This document shows positions 47,581 to 61,522 of a stretch of DNA of 64,000 nt, one piece after another (within the stretch, counting starts at the first letter, position 1; every line of letters starts with the position of its first letter). The position numbers and the translations under genes are program-made. The stretch lies in assembly GCF_018350175.1 (NCBI RefSeq), contig NC_058383.1:3658001-3722000 (forward strand), given 5' to 3'. Below the pieces are notes generated by a model, which saw only the letters and a program-made list of their open reading frames with translations, made no database searches and was not told the DNA's origin. The DNA is from Felis catus. Its lineage: Eukaryota.

Positions 47581-48739
47581 TGCTCCGTCACGGGACCCTG
47601 CGACTGGACGCAGGGGCCATACCCACGGGTACCGTCGTGTGGCCCAGTCTCCTGGTGACAGACACTTGTGTTCTTCCCGTGGTTTTGCCTTCGTGATGCT
47701 GCTGTGCTGCATGTTCCCAAACAAGTCCCTGCAAACGTGGGCCGGATTTCCTCCAGGCTCCGCCCCGGGTGCTGGAGTGGCTCTCAGGCGGGTGTGGGCG
47801 CCCCTCCAGCCCTGGGTATCGGCAGATGACCTGCAAGGTCATCGCATCGATTGCCGCGGTCTCTGGCGGGTTCATGAATATTCCTCCCGATTCACGTCCT
47901 CACCAGCCTTTGCTACAGTCGTGTCTCTAAGTGTTGCCAGTGATAAGTAAGCCTGTCATTTGCATTTCTATCGTCTTTAACGAGGACGTGCCTGTTGGCC
48001 ACTGAATGCTTTGCGGCAAAAGTCTGGTATTGAGTGCTTGATTCCTTAACCCATGTGTGCGGCATGGGGAGGGTTGTGTGTGTGTGTGTGTGGATTCTCT
48101 GTTCACCTTGAGGATTTTTTCAAGCAAAAAAAAAAAGTCATCTACGGAAAATACTTAAAAGTGCCTTTAATGGGGAGATCATAGTAATGATGTGAACCAC
48201 TGGAATACTAACGTATAAACAATAACATCCTGATAAAAAGAGAGCCCTACTCCCCCCGCCCCCCCCCAAAAAAAACACATCACGATTCCTTCACATCCAC
48301 TACGCTTTCCCTCGAACCACTAGCCTACATTTGTGTTCGTTAAACCGCCCGAGGCCCCGGGGAGTCTAAACACTACCAGCTCTCTACCTGGGCCCGTGAG
48401 ATTCTGAACAGCCCCCTCATGTTTTGACCACAGTCCGAGCTTTCCCGGCTCTGTGTAGCTGGCATTCCTTTTTTATCCAACCATTCTTTGGTTACCGACA
48501 CATCAGGAAGAACCTCACCACCTGCCATTAAAAAAAAAAAATTTTTTTTTAAGTCCTTTCTTAGTTTCTTAATTAGACTCAAGGGCGAGAGCTGGGCAGG
48601 AGGGAATCCCTGACAGCGCACTCATCGTCTGTCATCTCGGCCCCCGGACAAACTCCAAGTCAAGGGCAGGGACGGCACTGGAGAAGCCTAAACCACAGTG
48701 CGCGTGGATAAGGTGGCCACTCGTGAGAGGGGCCCTGTG

Positions 48740-49232
48740 CCTGTAAAGGATTAAGCAGCAGCTCTGGGTTGTCCAAAGGCCGCACATGAAAGGTTTGCCC
48801 TTGACTGCTAAAGCTCTTAGGATATCCTGCCTGACACAAGTGTCTTTGTCTACTGGGGCCCCGGGCCAGGCCACACAGTCAACACTGACGACGTGATTTA
48901 TGGTGGCGTCCCTGGGCCACACAGTATCAGCTTGGCCTCCGGAGGGCCCGGAGACTAAGTTCAGCCACGTGGGTGGTCAGCCACGCCTACGAAACGGACC
49001 CCAACGAGCACTGTAGACACCGAGGTGTGAGTGAACGTCCCCGGTGGGCGGCACTCCGCACGTATGGTCACGGGTCGTTGCTGGGAGAAACGGGTGCTGT
49101 CTGCCGATTTTAGCCAGTATCCTTCTGCTGCAATAAACCCTCCCTGTGAGTGTAGCATCTTCTCTCGTTCATGAGCCCTTCCGGTGAATTGCTGGGCCTG
49201 GGGGTGGTCTGGGAGGCGCCCGGACGGCAACA
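48740..49232 (+). mobile_element. MER21-type LTR
   Basis: tcctgcctga.a.aagtgtctttgt...ctgggccacacagtatcagcttggcctccggaggg..ggagactaag.tcagccacgtggg...aataaacc...gtgagt. Confidence 0.75.
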
Positions 49233-49244
49233 GCACACAGCGCA

Positions 49245-49563
49245 CCTTACGGCTGCCCTAACAGGACTACCCTACCCTGGACGCCTGAACAACAAACATT
49301 TATTTGTCGCTGCTCTGGAGGCTGAGAGTCCGATCGGGGTGCCTGCATACGCGGGTTCTTGGTGAGGGTCCTCTGCCTGGTTTGCACGTAGATGCCTTCC
49401 CGCTGCGCCCTCCCAGGGCAGAGACGGAGACAAGCCATCTCCTCCGCATTCCTCCGCTCGGCACTCATCCCTCAGGACGGCTCCACCTTCCTGGCCCCTG
49501 CTGAAACCATCACTTCCAGGACTTCAGCACAGGAGTTTGGAGGAGACCCAGAGTCCATAGCAA
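49245..49563 (-). mobile_element. MaLR LTR (MLT1A/MST type)
   Basis: aacaacaaacatttattt...tctggaggctg.gagtcc...tggtgagggtcctct.cctggtttgca...gtccatagca. Confidence 0.75.
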
Positions 49564-51277
49564 CCACTAGCCAGGGAGGACCTTCACCCTCCCCCCGAAA
49601 TGCTAGGGCCTTAACCCCCGGGATCCAGCCAAAATTCCCTAAATGTTTACAAAGAGATCCCAGAGAGAATTTTTACTACGAACAGACCACCCTCTTGCTT
49701 CCATTGACGAAATTCAGTACTCCCGGTTCGCATCCAAAAGAGTTGTTTTGGAGTTGGCCCAGCCCCACAGGCAGCACCCTTTAGAGATGCGTATCGCCAG
49801 TTGCTTTTCTTGCTGAACCCATTTAAGTCCTCCAGTTAATAACATCTTTTCAGGTCATATATTTGTATCCTGTGACCCAAGAGGCCATATCTTTAAAGTT
49901 TTCAACCGGCAAATAAGCTTAAAAGGCATTGATTATTCATCCTGTTTTCCTCAACTCAGGTTAGAAAGTTCTTTTGAATTCGAAGAACACTGCATGGGAA
50001 GCAGCATATATTTTCAAGCGAGAAAGACAGATCACAGCATCACATACCCATGTAGCGTCACCCGGGGTTTGTAAACACTGCACACACATTTGCATGGACA
50101 TAAGTCGAGGTGTAAGACCTTGGCGAGGGGCTCCGGGGTGGGCGGACAGAGTTCTGGGCAACTTTCCTCTTGTATCTTTTGGTTGAGTTCATTGTCTGAC
50201 TTTTCTACAACAGACAACAATTCTGGAGAAAGAAAGGAAGAAATATTGGTAAACGAGTGCCTAATCTCCACCATCCTGGTTTGTTTTCCTACTCGGCCTT
50301 CTCTGCGGAGAAGACAGCAGTCGCGACAGTGACTGTTAGGCCAGTGAGAGCCCGCGGCTCTGTGTTGCAAGAGCGTGGGGCCCACACCAGAGGGAGCGAG
50401 GCCTGCAGGCCACTGTCCAGAGACACCCCCTTCCACGCCTCCGCACCTTACATCTGGGAGGGATCTTACAGAGAAAAATCGCTACCGAAGACATGGTTTT
50501 AATAGATCTGAACTTTGTCTCCTACACCTTAAATGTTACTCCAAACCAACAGCTTTTTTCACTCTTGTTGCTGATTTTTACTCCAAATGACAGATTTTCT
50601 GACAGCCAAGTAGAGAAAAAAGCGTCCAAACACATTCATTCTTATTCCCCAAGGAACACCTTGGTCATAGCCGCTGCTTTCCTATTTATAAAATATATGT
50701 GATTTTTATTACACCCAAGGTGAAATTTATATATATATATTTTTTTATTATTATTATTATCACTTTCCAAAAGTCACGATAAAAGGAATCACCGGTAACC
50801 TTGGTGGACGGCAAATAGGGAATAAAATGGAGGTGAGGCGAGGCAATTTGTCCACGGGATGCCGCCTCTTAGGCGACCCAGCCTCTCATGATTCACGGCG
50901 AGGCTCCAAGGCCACGCCAAAACGAGGCCAGGATGCAAACCTTCCGGGTAACCTGCACCCAAGAACAGGAGGTTCCACACGGGAGCCGCGTGACTCTGGT
51001 CCCTTCCAGCTCCCACACCGACATGCAGGGTGGCCGGGATGGGCTTCGGGTCCAGACGCACTGCCCATGCACACCCAGCTGCGCTAATCCCAGCATGCCC
51101 TTCCCCAGGGTCGCAGCAGGCCACCCAAGACTTAGAGGCAGGAAGCGACCACCTTCTTATGCTCCCGGGTTCTGTGGATCCAGACTCGGGTCACTGGGCG
51201 CGGCTTGTCGCCTATGTCTCCTCCTCCAGGTCTGAGGCCTCCGCTGGGCAAACTCGAAAGCTGGGGTGACACAGTAT

Positions 51278-51408
51278 CATGCGGCCTTTGAGCATTTTTG
51301 AAACAGGGCCGGTGCAGCCAAGGAACTGAATTTTAAACTTCACGTAATTTCAATTAGTTTACCTTTAAGTGGCCTCACGTGGCTGATGGCTACCACGTGG
51401 ACAGCCCA
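51278..51408 (+). mobile_element. MER3/MER33-type hAT fragment
   Basis: aggaactgaatttt...cacgtggctgatggctacc.cgtggacagc. Confidence 0.7.
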
Positions 51409-51409
51409 C

Positions 51410-51620
51410 GCACAAAGTCAGTTTCACTCCTGCGTCGGCATCTGGTGCCAGCTGGCCGCCGGGACCCGCGCTGGGCTGGTGGCCGGGATCCCCACCTGTG
51501 ACCTCGCTGCGGTCCCTGGGCAGGGGCTAGTTGGGCTCCCTCATCGCATGGCAGCTGGTTCCAGGAGTGAGCCCCCCCCCCCAGAGAACCGGGGGGGAGT
51601 AAGCCATCACCTCGGAAACA
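51410..51620 (-). mobile_element. MaLR LTR fragment (MLT1G/H type)
   Basis: gctgggctg.tggccggga.ccc...ttgggctccctcatcgcatggcagctggttccaggagtgagc. Confidence 0.5.
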
Positions 51621-51724
51621 GCCCCTCCACAGGTGTCACAGACCACGCACACCCAACCCACTACGTGTGCACTGGCTTCCTCCGTTACCTCCAATGGCTG
51701 GAAAGTACGGGGGAAATTGGAATT

Positions 51725-51880
51725 GACTGGAATGCAGGTTTGAGGCCAATTTCTGGTGACCCAGTTCCCCACTGTGTACGGCTAAACACGTTAGTAAACT
51801 CTTGTGCCCCAGTGCCCTCAGTCAAAAAATGTAATAACACCTATTTCAAAAATATTCTAAGAATTAAATAGAATATAGTT
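51725..51880 (+). mobile_element. MIR fragment, interrupted by the L1 that follows
   Basis: aactcttgtgccccagt...taataacacctatttc...taagaattaaat. Confidence 0.5.
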
Positions 51881-51882
51881 GG

Positions 51883-52283
51883 GTTTTTTAACTCATTTTT
51901 AAAATTTATTGTCAAGTGAGCTAACATGTGCTCTTGGTTTTGGGGTAGATTCCCGTGATTCGTCGCTTACATACAACACCCAGTGTTCATCCCAACAAGT
52001 GCCCTCCTCAATGCCCATCACCCATTTGCCCCTCTCCTCCCCATCCACCCTCAGTTTGTTCTCTGTATTTAAGAGTCTCTTATGGTTTGCCTCCCTCTCT
52101 ATTTTTTCCCCTTCCCCTCCCCCCCCCATGGGCCTCCGTTAAGTTTCTCAAGTTCCACATATAAGTGAAAACGTATGGTATCTGTCTTTCTCAGACTGAC
52201 TTATTTCACTTAGCATAATATCCTCCAGTTCCATCCACGTGGTTGCAAATGGCAGGATTTTGTTCTTTCTCGTTGCCGAGTAG
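51883..52283 (-). mobile_element. 5'-truncated carnivore L1 3' end
   Basis: cttacatacaacacccagtg.tcatcccaacaagtgccctcctcaatgcccatcaccca...ttaagagtctcttatggtttgcctccctc...gacttatttcacttagcataat; tagaatatag on both flanks (51869, 52281). Confidence 0.93.
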
Positions 52284-52627
52284 AATATAGCCGTTAAAGA
52301 TAGCTCATCAACATTCCACTCGATGATAGCGCCACTCCTTATGCATGCTTTTATGATAAGTAACTTGATATCCCAATTATTTTACGATTCTGTCTTCTCC
52401 CTCCTCTGTGCTCTCATGCCCACCCCATCTCAAGGGCAGAGCCTGTCCTTTATCCACATGTGTATTTCTGGTGTTTCTGATGCAGGAGGAGCAGAGTTGA
52501 ATTTATATCTGCATTTACATGTTAAGTTGTTGTCAGTAATCTGAAGCAAGAAACACTCAGAGGAGGAAGGTCCAAACCTCCATCAGGGATCCACCCGAAA
52601 TCTTAACCCTGTATAAAGTGACACCAC

Positions 52628-52846
52628 GGGGGCACCTGGGTGGCTCAGTCACCAGGTGAGGTCATGAGCTCAGGTCAGGTCATGAGCTTGCAGTTTGTGG
52701 GTTCGGGCCCCGCGTCGGGCTCTGTGCTGACAGCTCAGAGCCTGGAGCTGCTTCCGATTCCGTGTCTCCCTCTCTCTCTGCCCCTCCCCATCTCGTGCCC
52801 CCCCCCCTCTCTCTCTCTCTCAAAAATAAACATTTAAAAAAATTTT
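52628..52846 (+). mobile_element. Carnivore SINE with an internal aggtcatgagct duplication
   Basis: TSD taaagtgaca(c/a)cac. Confidence 0.93.
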
Positions 52847-53065
52847 TAAAGTGACAACACAAAGCCTCAGAGATGCCTACAGCAGACCCATTGGTGCAGG
52901 CAGAGGATCTCTCCAACATTCTGTAGAAGTCGGTCACCAATGGCCACGCATCCACGTGGTCCTAGACATAGGGAACTCAAGACTCAACCAAGAACCTGAC
53001 TCATTAGCATCCTGGGAACTGACTAGAGAGCCTAGCGTTGACCTTACAGATGCCATCCATGTGCC

Positions 53066-53530
53066 AGCTGTCATATCACATAAAATGCGCTTAGCTGCAA
53101 GTAACAGAAAATTCAACTAACAGAGCCTTACTCACTTGGCAAGGAGACATGTGGTGGCTGCCCTTAGCTTAAAAGAGTCGTCAAAGATCCAAGATCACTG
53201 CATTCTTCTGCTCCTTCATCTCTAAGATGTGAGTTTTTGATCTCATGCTTGTTGCCTCATGGTCACAAGGTGGCTGCTGCAGCTCCGGGCGTCATGACCT
53301 CAAAAGCAGGAAACAATAGGGGCAGTGGCCAAAGGTTATTTCCTGTAATTGTTCTCTCTTATAAACACCAGAGGAAGAGCTTTTGTTGAAGCCCATCAGT
53401 GCGTCCCCTTAGGATTGTGACATGTGACAATCCCTTGTGGCAAAAAAAGAAAAACCAAGATACTGGAAAGCCAACATCTGGCCATTTCCCATTCTCAAAG
53501 TGGAAGGTAAACAATAGAGAAGGGAGCTGG
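53066..53530 (-). mobile_element. Old MaLR LTR (MLT1J/K type)
   Basis: ttagctgcaagtaacagaaaa...ctcatgcttgttgcctcatggtcacaaggtggctgctgcagctccggg. Confidence 0.75.
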
Positions 53531-54879
53531 GAATGGTTGCTGTCTGACAGTGAACATCTCTTTTAATTAGGGCCCATCCCAGAGCTTCACCTACTCCCAA
53601 CCCTGGGGAAGTAGGCTGGTGCCATCGCCTCGACCACCTAGAATCAAATTTAGTAAACAGATTCACAGTGAGCGTCCATTAGATGCCAAGCCATCGACAA
53701 GACAGAGACGGTTTTTGAGGTTCCTCGTGGAACTCACATTTTAGGGAGGATACATCGGCAGGAGACACGTAATCATTTTCAACTGTGACAGACCCTCGCA
53801 GAAAATAAAAGGGCACGACGGGGTCGTGATGCCAGAGACGTGAATCAGTCGGGCCAAAACATAGAGTAACGTTTGTGAAAAGCCACACTGAGCACCACGC
53901 ACCTTTTTCAAAACTCCAGCCGCCTTCTTAGTGAAAGTGACGGCGTGACTTTGCTTCCCTGCCCAGCCGGCCCCTCTGCGGCTCCTGGAAACCTTCCTTT
54001 CAGGGAAACAACGCGCCCGGCCTGTGAACACCCCATGCAGCGCCATCTTGGAGAGACTTTCATTCTCATCTTTAATTTAAGAACATTTGTTCCCTCTCTG
54101 CTGGGAGGCCCTGCTTACTGTGCAAGTTCCTTTTGGACGATTTTCTTTCAATCTTGCTTATTGATCCGACGAAGGATCCTCGTCCTCTTTGGGGAGTTGG
54201 ATCATTCAGCAGCTTAAGAAGAGGAGCTGGGAATATAAATACAAGTGTAAAAAAGAAAAGAACGCAGGGCGGAAACAGAGGCTTCCTGCGAGAGCGTCTG
54301 TCTGCCTTAATGCTGCCACCGGGACGAGATGTTCTCACTCCCGCGGACCGTGTGGCCACCGCAGGTGACTTTCACGGAGCCCACGACAGAGTGAACGACA
54401 GAGCCTTAGAGCTGCAGGTGGCCTTCCAGATCATCTCACGCCACCTTCCACGTGCTGCAGACATCCTTGCCACGATGTTCCTGATGAATGTGCGCGTGGG
54501 TTTCGGGCGGACCAGGTCCGGTACAGGGGCTCCTGTTGATAAGTGTCCGCCGCGGGCCACCCTAGCAGTCATACGCTCTTTGTTCCAGATGCCACCCAGC
54601 GCGGGTCCTGATGCTGCTCATGGAACCACGGCCGGCTCCCCTTCTCCCGTCTCCCCGGCTCACTGCGGCTCAGCCGCCCTCTGTGGACTCACCAGAATGG
54701 CGCCCTGAGCAGTGCTCTGTTTGCAGCCTGTGTCTCGCTGCTCCCAGGAGCAACACGTACATCACTGGTCCCCTCCCCACCTCCCGCTCTTCTTGTCCGG
54801 CCGCTTTCTCTGGCTCCCAGGACAAGGACACCAGCCCCCTGGGCTTCCCTGCCGGCTCTCGGTGGGGGGAGGGGAGAGG

Positions 54880-55780
54880 CTCCTTCCCGGACCCCTCTGC
54901 CACTTCCCACCATCCTCGCCTCCCTGTCACGTCGGGCAGGCACAGGCTCTGGTCCCTCTGCCAATAAGCTCTGTGCCTGGGTGGCCACCTCACCTGCGCT
55001 GGGGACTCTCGGTTCCATTTCCATGCTGGTGGGGCCCCAGCCGAGTCCCCCCCACCCCTGAGACTCAGATTCCCACTCCCTTCCCTCCTGTTCCAACAGG
55101 CCTCCTCACTGCCACCGGCCCGGGCCCTCTCCGTGCTCCTGGCTCAGCTAATACGGCCCCGTCCTTGCAACGCTCAGGCCCAGGGAGTGAGGGCTGATCA
55201 GGACCCGCCGTCCCTCTGCCCGCAAGGCCCCTTCAGAATTGGACGCTTCCTTGCCACTGGCCTGGACCCAGCCCACAGCCCCTTTCTGCTGTCTGGGCTG
55301 CCCTTCGGGCCTCCACGCTGACCTCAGCACTGACGGCACCCTCCAAGGTCCCAGCTTAGGAGGTAGCTCAGTGTTCCACAGGGAGTTCCTTGACCCAGTC
55401 CCCATCCCCTCTCCCACCGCTCGTGCCTCGGGGCCTTTGCTCCAGCTGTCCCTCTGCCTGGCGTGCTAGTCCTGCATCACCCACATGGCACCCGGGCTCC
55501 CCTCTCGGGGGCCATTCCGACGTCACATCATCTCTAGAGTCTTCCCTGACCCTTTGGTTTAAAATTGCAACCTCACCCCACGCTCCCAAGGCCCTATCCA
55601 CCTCCCTCCGACCCACCATACTGGTTAGTTTGTTGTAGTATGTGTCCCCTTACCTGCCTGCCCCCCAGATGCCGGGTCCCTGATGGTGGGTACCCTATCC
55701 ATTTGGTTCTTGCTACATGCTGGCGTCTAGAGCAGAGGAGAGCACGCCCTAAGCGTCTCCTCGCAGGTGTTGAACGAACC
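54880..55780 (+). mobile_element. L2 LINE fragment
   Basis: Pyrimidine-rich L2 3' text: cctcggggcctttgc.ccagctgt.ccctctgcctgg, gtcacatc.tctctagag.cttccctgacc, terminal gttgaacgaa. Confidence 0.65.
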
Positions 55781-55921
55781 CTCCTCTACCAAATCACCGC
55801 CTGCAGGCGCCTTAGCCTTTAGCAACAAGCATCTCCAGTCCTCCCGTCCCCTTCTCTTGCGACGTGCTTTCCAGACTCACCCCTCCCGACATCACAGTTC
55901 TCTTTAATTGGCTAGTGTCTC

Positions 55922-56110
55922 TTTTTTTTCAATATTTATTTATTCTGAAAGAGAGAGAGCACGACAGGGAAGGGGCAGAGGGAGAGAGAGAGAGAATCTG
56001 AAGCGGGCTCTGTGCTGACAGACTTGGGGCTTGATCTTGCGAACTACAGGATTCTGACCTGAGAAATCAAGTCAGACACACTCACCCCACTAAGCCACCC
56101 AGGCACCCCC
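55922..56110 (-). mobile_element. Carnivore SINE, diverged
   Basis: gagaatctgaagcgggctctgtgctgaca...taagccacccaggcaccccc; degenerate flank repeat g..ag.gtctct. Confidence 0.88.
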
Positions 56111-57247
56111 GTCAGCGTCTCTCTTGACCTGCGATGGAGAAATCGAACCCAATGCCCCAATGTGTTCTGGAAAACGGACATTTTACTGGTGGTGGCAGTT
56201 CCTATGATTGGGAACCGATTTATCCGTCTGTTTACAGGAACGTTGCTGCTTTGGCTCCAGGTAAGCCTGTGGTTAACTGGAACTCACAGATCTTTTCCAC
56301 AAAAAATATTGCCAGGTGACATCTCTGTCTCCCACACCTGCAGAGCTGGGCGCCTTTAAAGTTCTTGAAAGGGAACGACATCAAACGCGGGCCTTCCCTA
56401 GCTTCCCGGGAGAGCCTGCGCTTCCCCAGCCTCTAGGTTCGCAGAGGGCTCAGGGCTCAGCCACAATGAGGGTGCCGGGAAGCTGGATGTGAGCAGCGCT
56501 GGTTTCCCCTAAATCAGAGGTATTGGTAATACGGTCAGGGATGCGGAAGTCCTCAGTGAGGTGCCTGCCATGTGGCCCCGGACCCACCGCCTCGGAAACA
56601 GTGGTCTCTCTCCTTCTCTGCAACAGCAAGGCAGCGATATAGTCTCACTTCTAAGAGCGACTTTCTAAGAATGATAACTAATATACAAATGAGTTTTCCA
56701 TCCAACGCTTGGGTTACTCAAGGGATCAGTATTTGCCCCCATGCCCCCACCGGTCACATGCTGGTCATTATGTCTGTAGGCGCCACAGGCTCTGGTGACG
56801 GTGAATCAAAACCGCAGAGTTCGCTTCCTTTGGAGCCTCCGGACATCCCCCCCTCCCAGACCCGGCATCCTGATCTAAATTCATGACCAAGGCGGGGATG
56901 GAGTGAAGGATTACGATTCTCTGGGCGGTACATCAGATCGGATCTCAGAATTGTGAGTTCATCTCAGCCATGTTGGTCAATGGTTCCTCATCTCCATACC
57001 AGCGACAGTTGCATGAAATTTACGGCCCTGGAACTTACTTAATAGGGCAAACGAAAGCAGTTCCGTGTCTCCTACAACTGGGCTAGGACTCTTGAAATGC
57101 CACGGATGATATCATGACGAACGGCTTACTCAGGTACAACCCGATGTACTCTAGCTCTTTTGCATATACTCCTCCTTACGTTTGTCCTAGGGGGGGTTCT
57201 CACACCAGTACTTTGCGGGGCGAGACTTCTGGGCACGGGGCACCCGT

Positions 57248-57560
57248 TGCCGGTCACCAGGCGTGGACATCCAAGCTCTTTCGCCCACTGCACCTTGGCA
57301 TCGGGGTTGCCAAGGAAAACACAACACAGTCCACCGTTGGATGGAACGGTCTGCTGACACAGACAAGAGGCTTAGCGGGAGCAGCCTCAGCAATGGGCGT
57401 CTGTCCCCACGGCCCGCGGGTCCCTCCCGGCAGCCGATGCAGGGCAGTGGCCCACCCACGCCCCTCTCGTGCTGAGACTGGAGGGCCTTGTCCCCTCACC
57501 CCAAGAGGACACATAGAGAAGTGAGGTTGGCCAAGTGCAGCGTGAGACATGTGCTCCAGC
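57248..57560 (-). mobile_element. ERVL LTR (MER73/MER74-like)
   Basis: ccggtcaccagg...gccaaggaaaacacaacac...; recalled similarity only. Confidence 0.45.
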
Positions 57561-60000
57561 AGAGGGGTCCACGCTGAGTCTGACGGGGCGAGAGTTCCCC
57601 ACAAGGCCGTGAGCCGGCGCAGGCGGGCGCTCCGTCCTAGGGAGGACACGCCAGGCGGAGCAGGTTGGTGCTCGAAGGAGCCACAGATGCCCCTTCTGGG
57701 CACCTTGCTTGGCGTTCTCTGGATTCTTCCGATTGTTCTCGGGCGCTTTAGAAATTGCGGTGGAGACGCTCTGGAAACTGGAATGGTGCATCTCTCGTGG
57801 GAAAGGTACCAAGTTGAACATCAAACGTGACGCTCTTTAAAAGCCTGGGTGCCTTCTGAAGTAGCGTTCCAGAGCACGTGCGAGATGAGCCGCCTGTGGC
57901 CATTAGCTTAAGCTATCCGGATGGCAGGGACAGGTGCCCGCCCGATGCTCTGAGCAAGGAAGGCAAATCCAGGAAGGGAGACCGTCTTTCTGGAGGGCTT
58001 GGTTTCGATGATCCTGAACGACAGGCAGCACCCCCGTGGGGGATACTGGGCTGTGCCCATGGGACCCCCAGCTTAGGGAGCCTCCCCTGCAGAGGCCATC
58101 GCTTCCTGGGGCCACCCCAGGGGCCACCCCAGCCTGGGGACAGGGTGCTGTTCATTCCAGGGCCCCTGGGCTCGCACGGCGGCCACCTGACTGTTCCTGC
58201 TTCCTCCGGTTCCCTTTGCAGGTGCTGGGGGCTGCCGTGACCATCCTGCCCCACACTTCGTCACTGTGTCTGCTTCTGGAGACCCCAGGCCATTCCCCCT
58301 GGCCACGGGGGTGGGGCTTTTGTCCCTTCTGGCTCAAATGGCTCCTGGCACCAAAAGAGCTACCGTTTTTAGGTCAGAGACCCTTGTCAAGTGACAAAAA
58401 TAAAGCAATTGTGTAGTGAGGGCGACATCCTTCATTCCAGGGAAAGCAATCACGGGGTGGGGGAGTGCAGTGCCCCACGAACTGTAAAACATGCCCCCTC
58501 CCCAGGGGGTTCGGGCAAGAGCGAGTTTTATGGGGCGCTAGAAGCACAGTGAGGAACCGGCCTGATTGGCCAGAAGGCCAGGGATTTCTTTGCAGGTCAG
58601 TCGAGGGAATGAGGAGCGTGCGTGTGTCCTTAGCCGACTGGAGGGGTTGCAAATCCGCCCTTATTTAGAACGAGGAAACCATGAGTAAGGAACTCATGGA
58701 GTTCCTTGCAAACCATGGAGGCTGGGGACTGGCTGCCTTGGTAGTGCGTGTCTGGGCAAGCGCAGTATTTACAGGGACGCGAGCGCTCCCCAGCGTTTGG
58801 GTTTGCGGACGCGGCATCCCAGGCAGGAGCAGCTCCATCTCGGACCTAGAAACTTCAACACCCTTTTGCGAAAATGATGAAGGCTACGTTTTTCCCCCCC
58901 ACAAAAATGTACATTAGCGTGTACGGTCTCTGCCCGCGGTCCTGTGGAGTCTGGAGAGCCTCTGAAGCCCACCCATGTGCCCCTGAGAGATACGGCCCCA
59001 GGGCTAAACCCCTGCCCTCACCCAAGCTTGAGGACACCTCTCGTAAGCCCCTCGGACTCGGGGCACTGTTAGCTGTATGTGCCTGTACATTTTGCCTCTT
59101 AGGGTGGATGTTTGAGGAGCCACCATAAGCCGCGAATCCCCACATACGGCCTGGAAGGGATGGGCTGTCTTGAATTAGGACAATGAATCCCTCATTTGGC
59201 TTACGCCTTTCTGTCCTTCCTGGAGAAGCCCACAGAAGATTCTGATCCATGGAGCTGGCCTCAGAGGAGCAGACAGAAGCACCTTCCTTCTTTCCTGCTA
59301 CTGGCTCTTGGAACTCCGTTTCTTCTCACCCCTTCGTGAAATCTCAGGCAGATCACAAAGCGGTTTGGGTCACTTCCAGGAACTATCAACAAATAGCATT
59401 TGTTTTTCAGAGATAAAGCGTAAAAGTTTTCTAATTTCATTAACTCTGAAACATCTTTCCTCCATCAGCTGGGCTGTTTTTTCCTTTAGGAAAAAACAAA
59501 AACGAAAAACAAAAAAAAGCAAAAGCAAAAACAGAAACAACCTCTGTGTGAAGAAGAAGGGCCCCGCACTCACCAGCTGTCACCATCGGTCCCCCAGGGT
59601 CAGGCTCCGTCGGGGGAAGGGGAGGAACGAGAAGGAAGCTGTTGCTTGGCTGGTATGGTTGTGATCTAGGTCGGAGCATCCAGGATACGGCAGATGCTCT
59701 GAAAGGTGTTTGTGGGGTCCCCTTAGGGACTCACTGCTGGAAATCTCACTCCAGTTCCCCGACCCAAGTGGGGCCTCCTCCATCTGACTGCTTCCAACAA
59801 CCCCAGGCTTTTTGCAGTCCACCCATCTGCTGAGTCGCCAAGCCCACCAGGCAGTCTTCATAGGATGGGGTCACTTTCGAGCGGCTCAGTGCTTGAGTCC
59901 ACATTGGGTCACCGTCCGCTCACCACCACCAGCAAGTGCATTCGCTCCCATCGCCACGGACGGGGTGTAGCCTGTTCCCGAGGAGCCCTCATTCTCTGCC

Positions 60001-60019
60001 CTGCCACCAGGGGGCTCTC
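60001..60019 (+). promoter_or_regulatory. Candidate CTCF site
   Basis: CTGCCACCAGGGGGCTCTC closely matches the CCACCAGGGGGCGC core. Confidence 0.4.
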
Positions 60020-61077
60020 CACACCGCTGTCACCTTGCATTTCTCAGGAGGGACCCCGGTACCCGCTCCACACAGTTCGCGTCACGTTACCCCAAGGGTT
60101 CTCGCAAAGGCACCCCAACCCGCTCCTGCTCCAAAGGGCTCCTCCTCTCCCCATCTTCTCAAGCCCCATGTAAATTCTCTGCCTTCTCTCCAAGCAGTCT
60201 AGTGCTGATGGAACCACCAGACATCTCCGGCCCCACTTGGAGACAGGAGATTTCCGTGTCCTCGTCCTGTGACAGCTGTGTGATTTACTCTTCAGAATAA
60301 AGTCCATCTCTGTCCTTGCTCTTCCTCTGAATTGTGAGCTATGTAGGAAGAGGGGCAATGGTTCCCCTGTATCAGAAATTCTAGCATCTGGAATTGCATA
60401 ACTGTGAGCGCCAGTTAAACAGTTTTGGCCGATTAGGAATACTCCGAAATGCTAAAGCGATTTTCCCATCTGTGCCAAGACCCTGGACAGAATGTGCGTT
60501 AAGGAAGTATCCATTCCAAGGGCAGAACTCCCCAGAGCAGCGTGACTACTATTTCTCTGAGATGAGCTCTGCATCCTGAAGACGGCTGCCTGGGACTCTG
60601 GCAGGCAGAGGCCATGAGGCTATTTTTGGAAAACCTGAAAGCACAGAACTTCGAACTTTCAGAGGAAGGCCGTGAATTACCTCCCGCAGATGTTTCAGGG
60701 AAAGGCGGAGAAACGTCCTGCCCTAACTGTTGATGCCCCATCTTGGTTCAGACTGTGTCACAGGAACACGTGCCGGGAGACCCATCCTTGGGGGAAAGGG
60801 TCGCGTCACGGAAAACTCCCAAACGCGGGTGCCGTAAATGCCAAAACTGACCGCTGTCTCCGCCGGAACCTGAAGCCCAGTGAGCAGGGAAGGTAATTGG
60901 AAGATAAGGTTTCGACTTCCACGGAACACACAGCTGCTAAATGATGCCGCGTAAACAGCCGGTTGGGCTGGTTAGAAGGAAAGCTGGGCTCAGAGGCAAT
61001 GAAAAGTTTCATTTTGAGATGTTCAGGAAAGAAGGCGGTTTTATTAACCGGATACACATTTAAAAATCAACCGTTGA

Positions 61078-61298
61078 GGGGCGCCTGGGTGGCGCAGTCG
61101 GTTAAGCATCCGACTTCAGCCAGGTCACGATCTCGCGGTCCGGGAGTTCAAGCCCCACGTCGGGCTCGGGCTGATGGCTCAGAGCCTGGAGCCTGTTTCC
61201 GATTCTGTGTCTCCCTCTCTCTCTGCCCCTCCCCTGTTCATGCTCTGTCTCTCTCTGTCCCAAAAAAATAAATAAAAACGTTTGGAAAAAAAAATTTT
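61078..61298 (+). mobile_element. Carnivore SINE, young felid subfamily
   Basis: gggtggcgcagtc, cagccaggtcacg; perfect TSD aaaaatcaaccgttga (61062-61077, 61299-61314). Confidence 0.98.
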
Positions 61299-61314
61299 AA
61301 AAATCAACCGTTGA

Positions 61315-61473
61315 GGGGCACCTGGATGGCTCAGTCAGTTGAGTGGCTGACTCTTGATTTTGGCTCGGGTCGTGATCTCAATGGTCTTGAGATCAATCGC
61401 TGCATCGGGCTCCGTGCTGAGTGTGGAGCCTGCTTGGGATTTTCTCTCTCTCCTTGTGTCGCTCTCCCACGTG

Positions 61474-61522
<49 letters not shown>

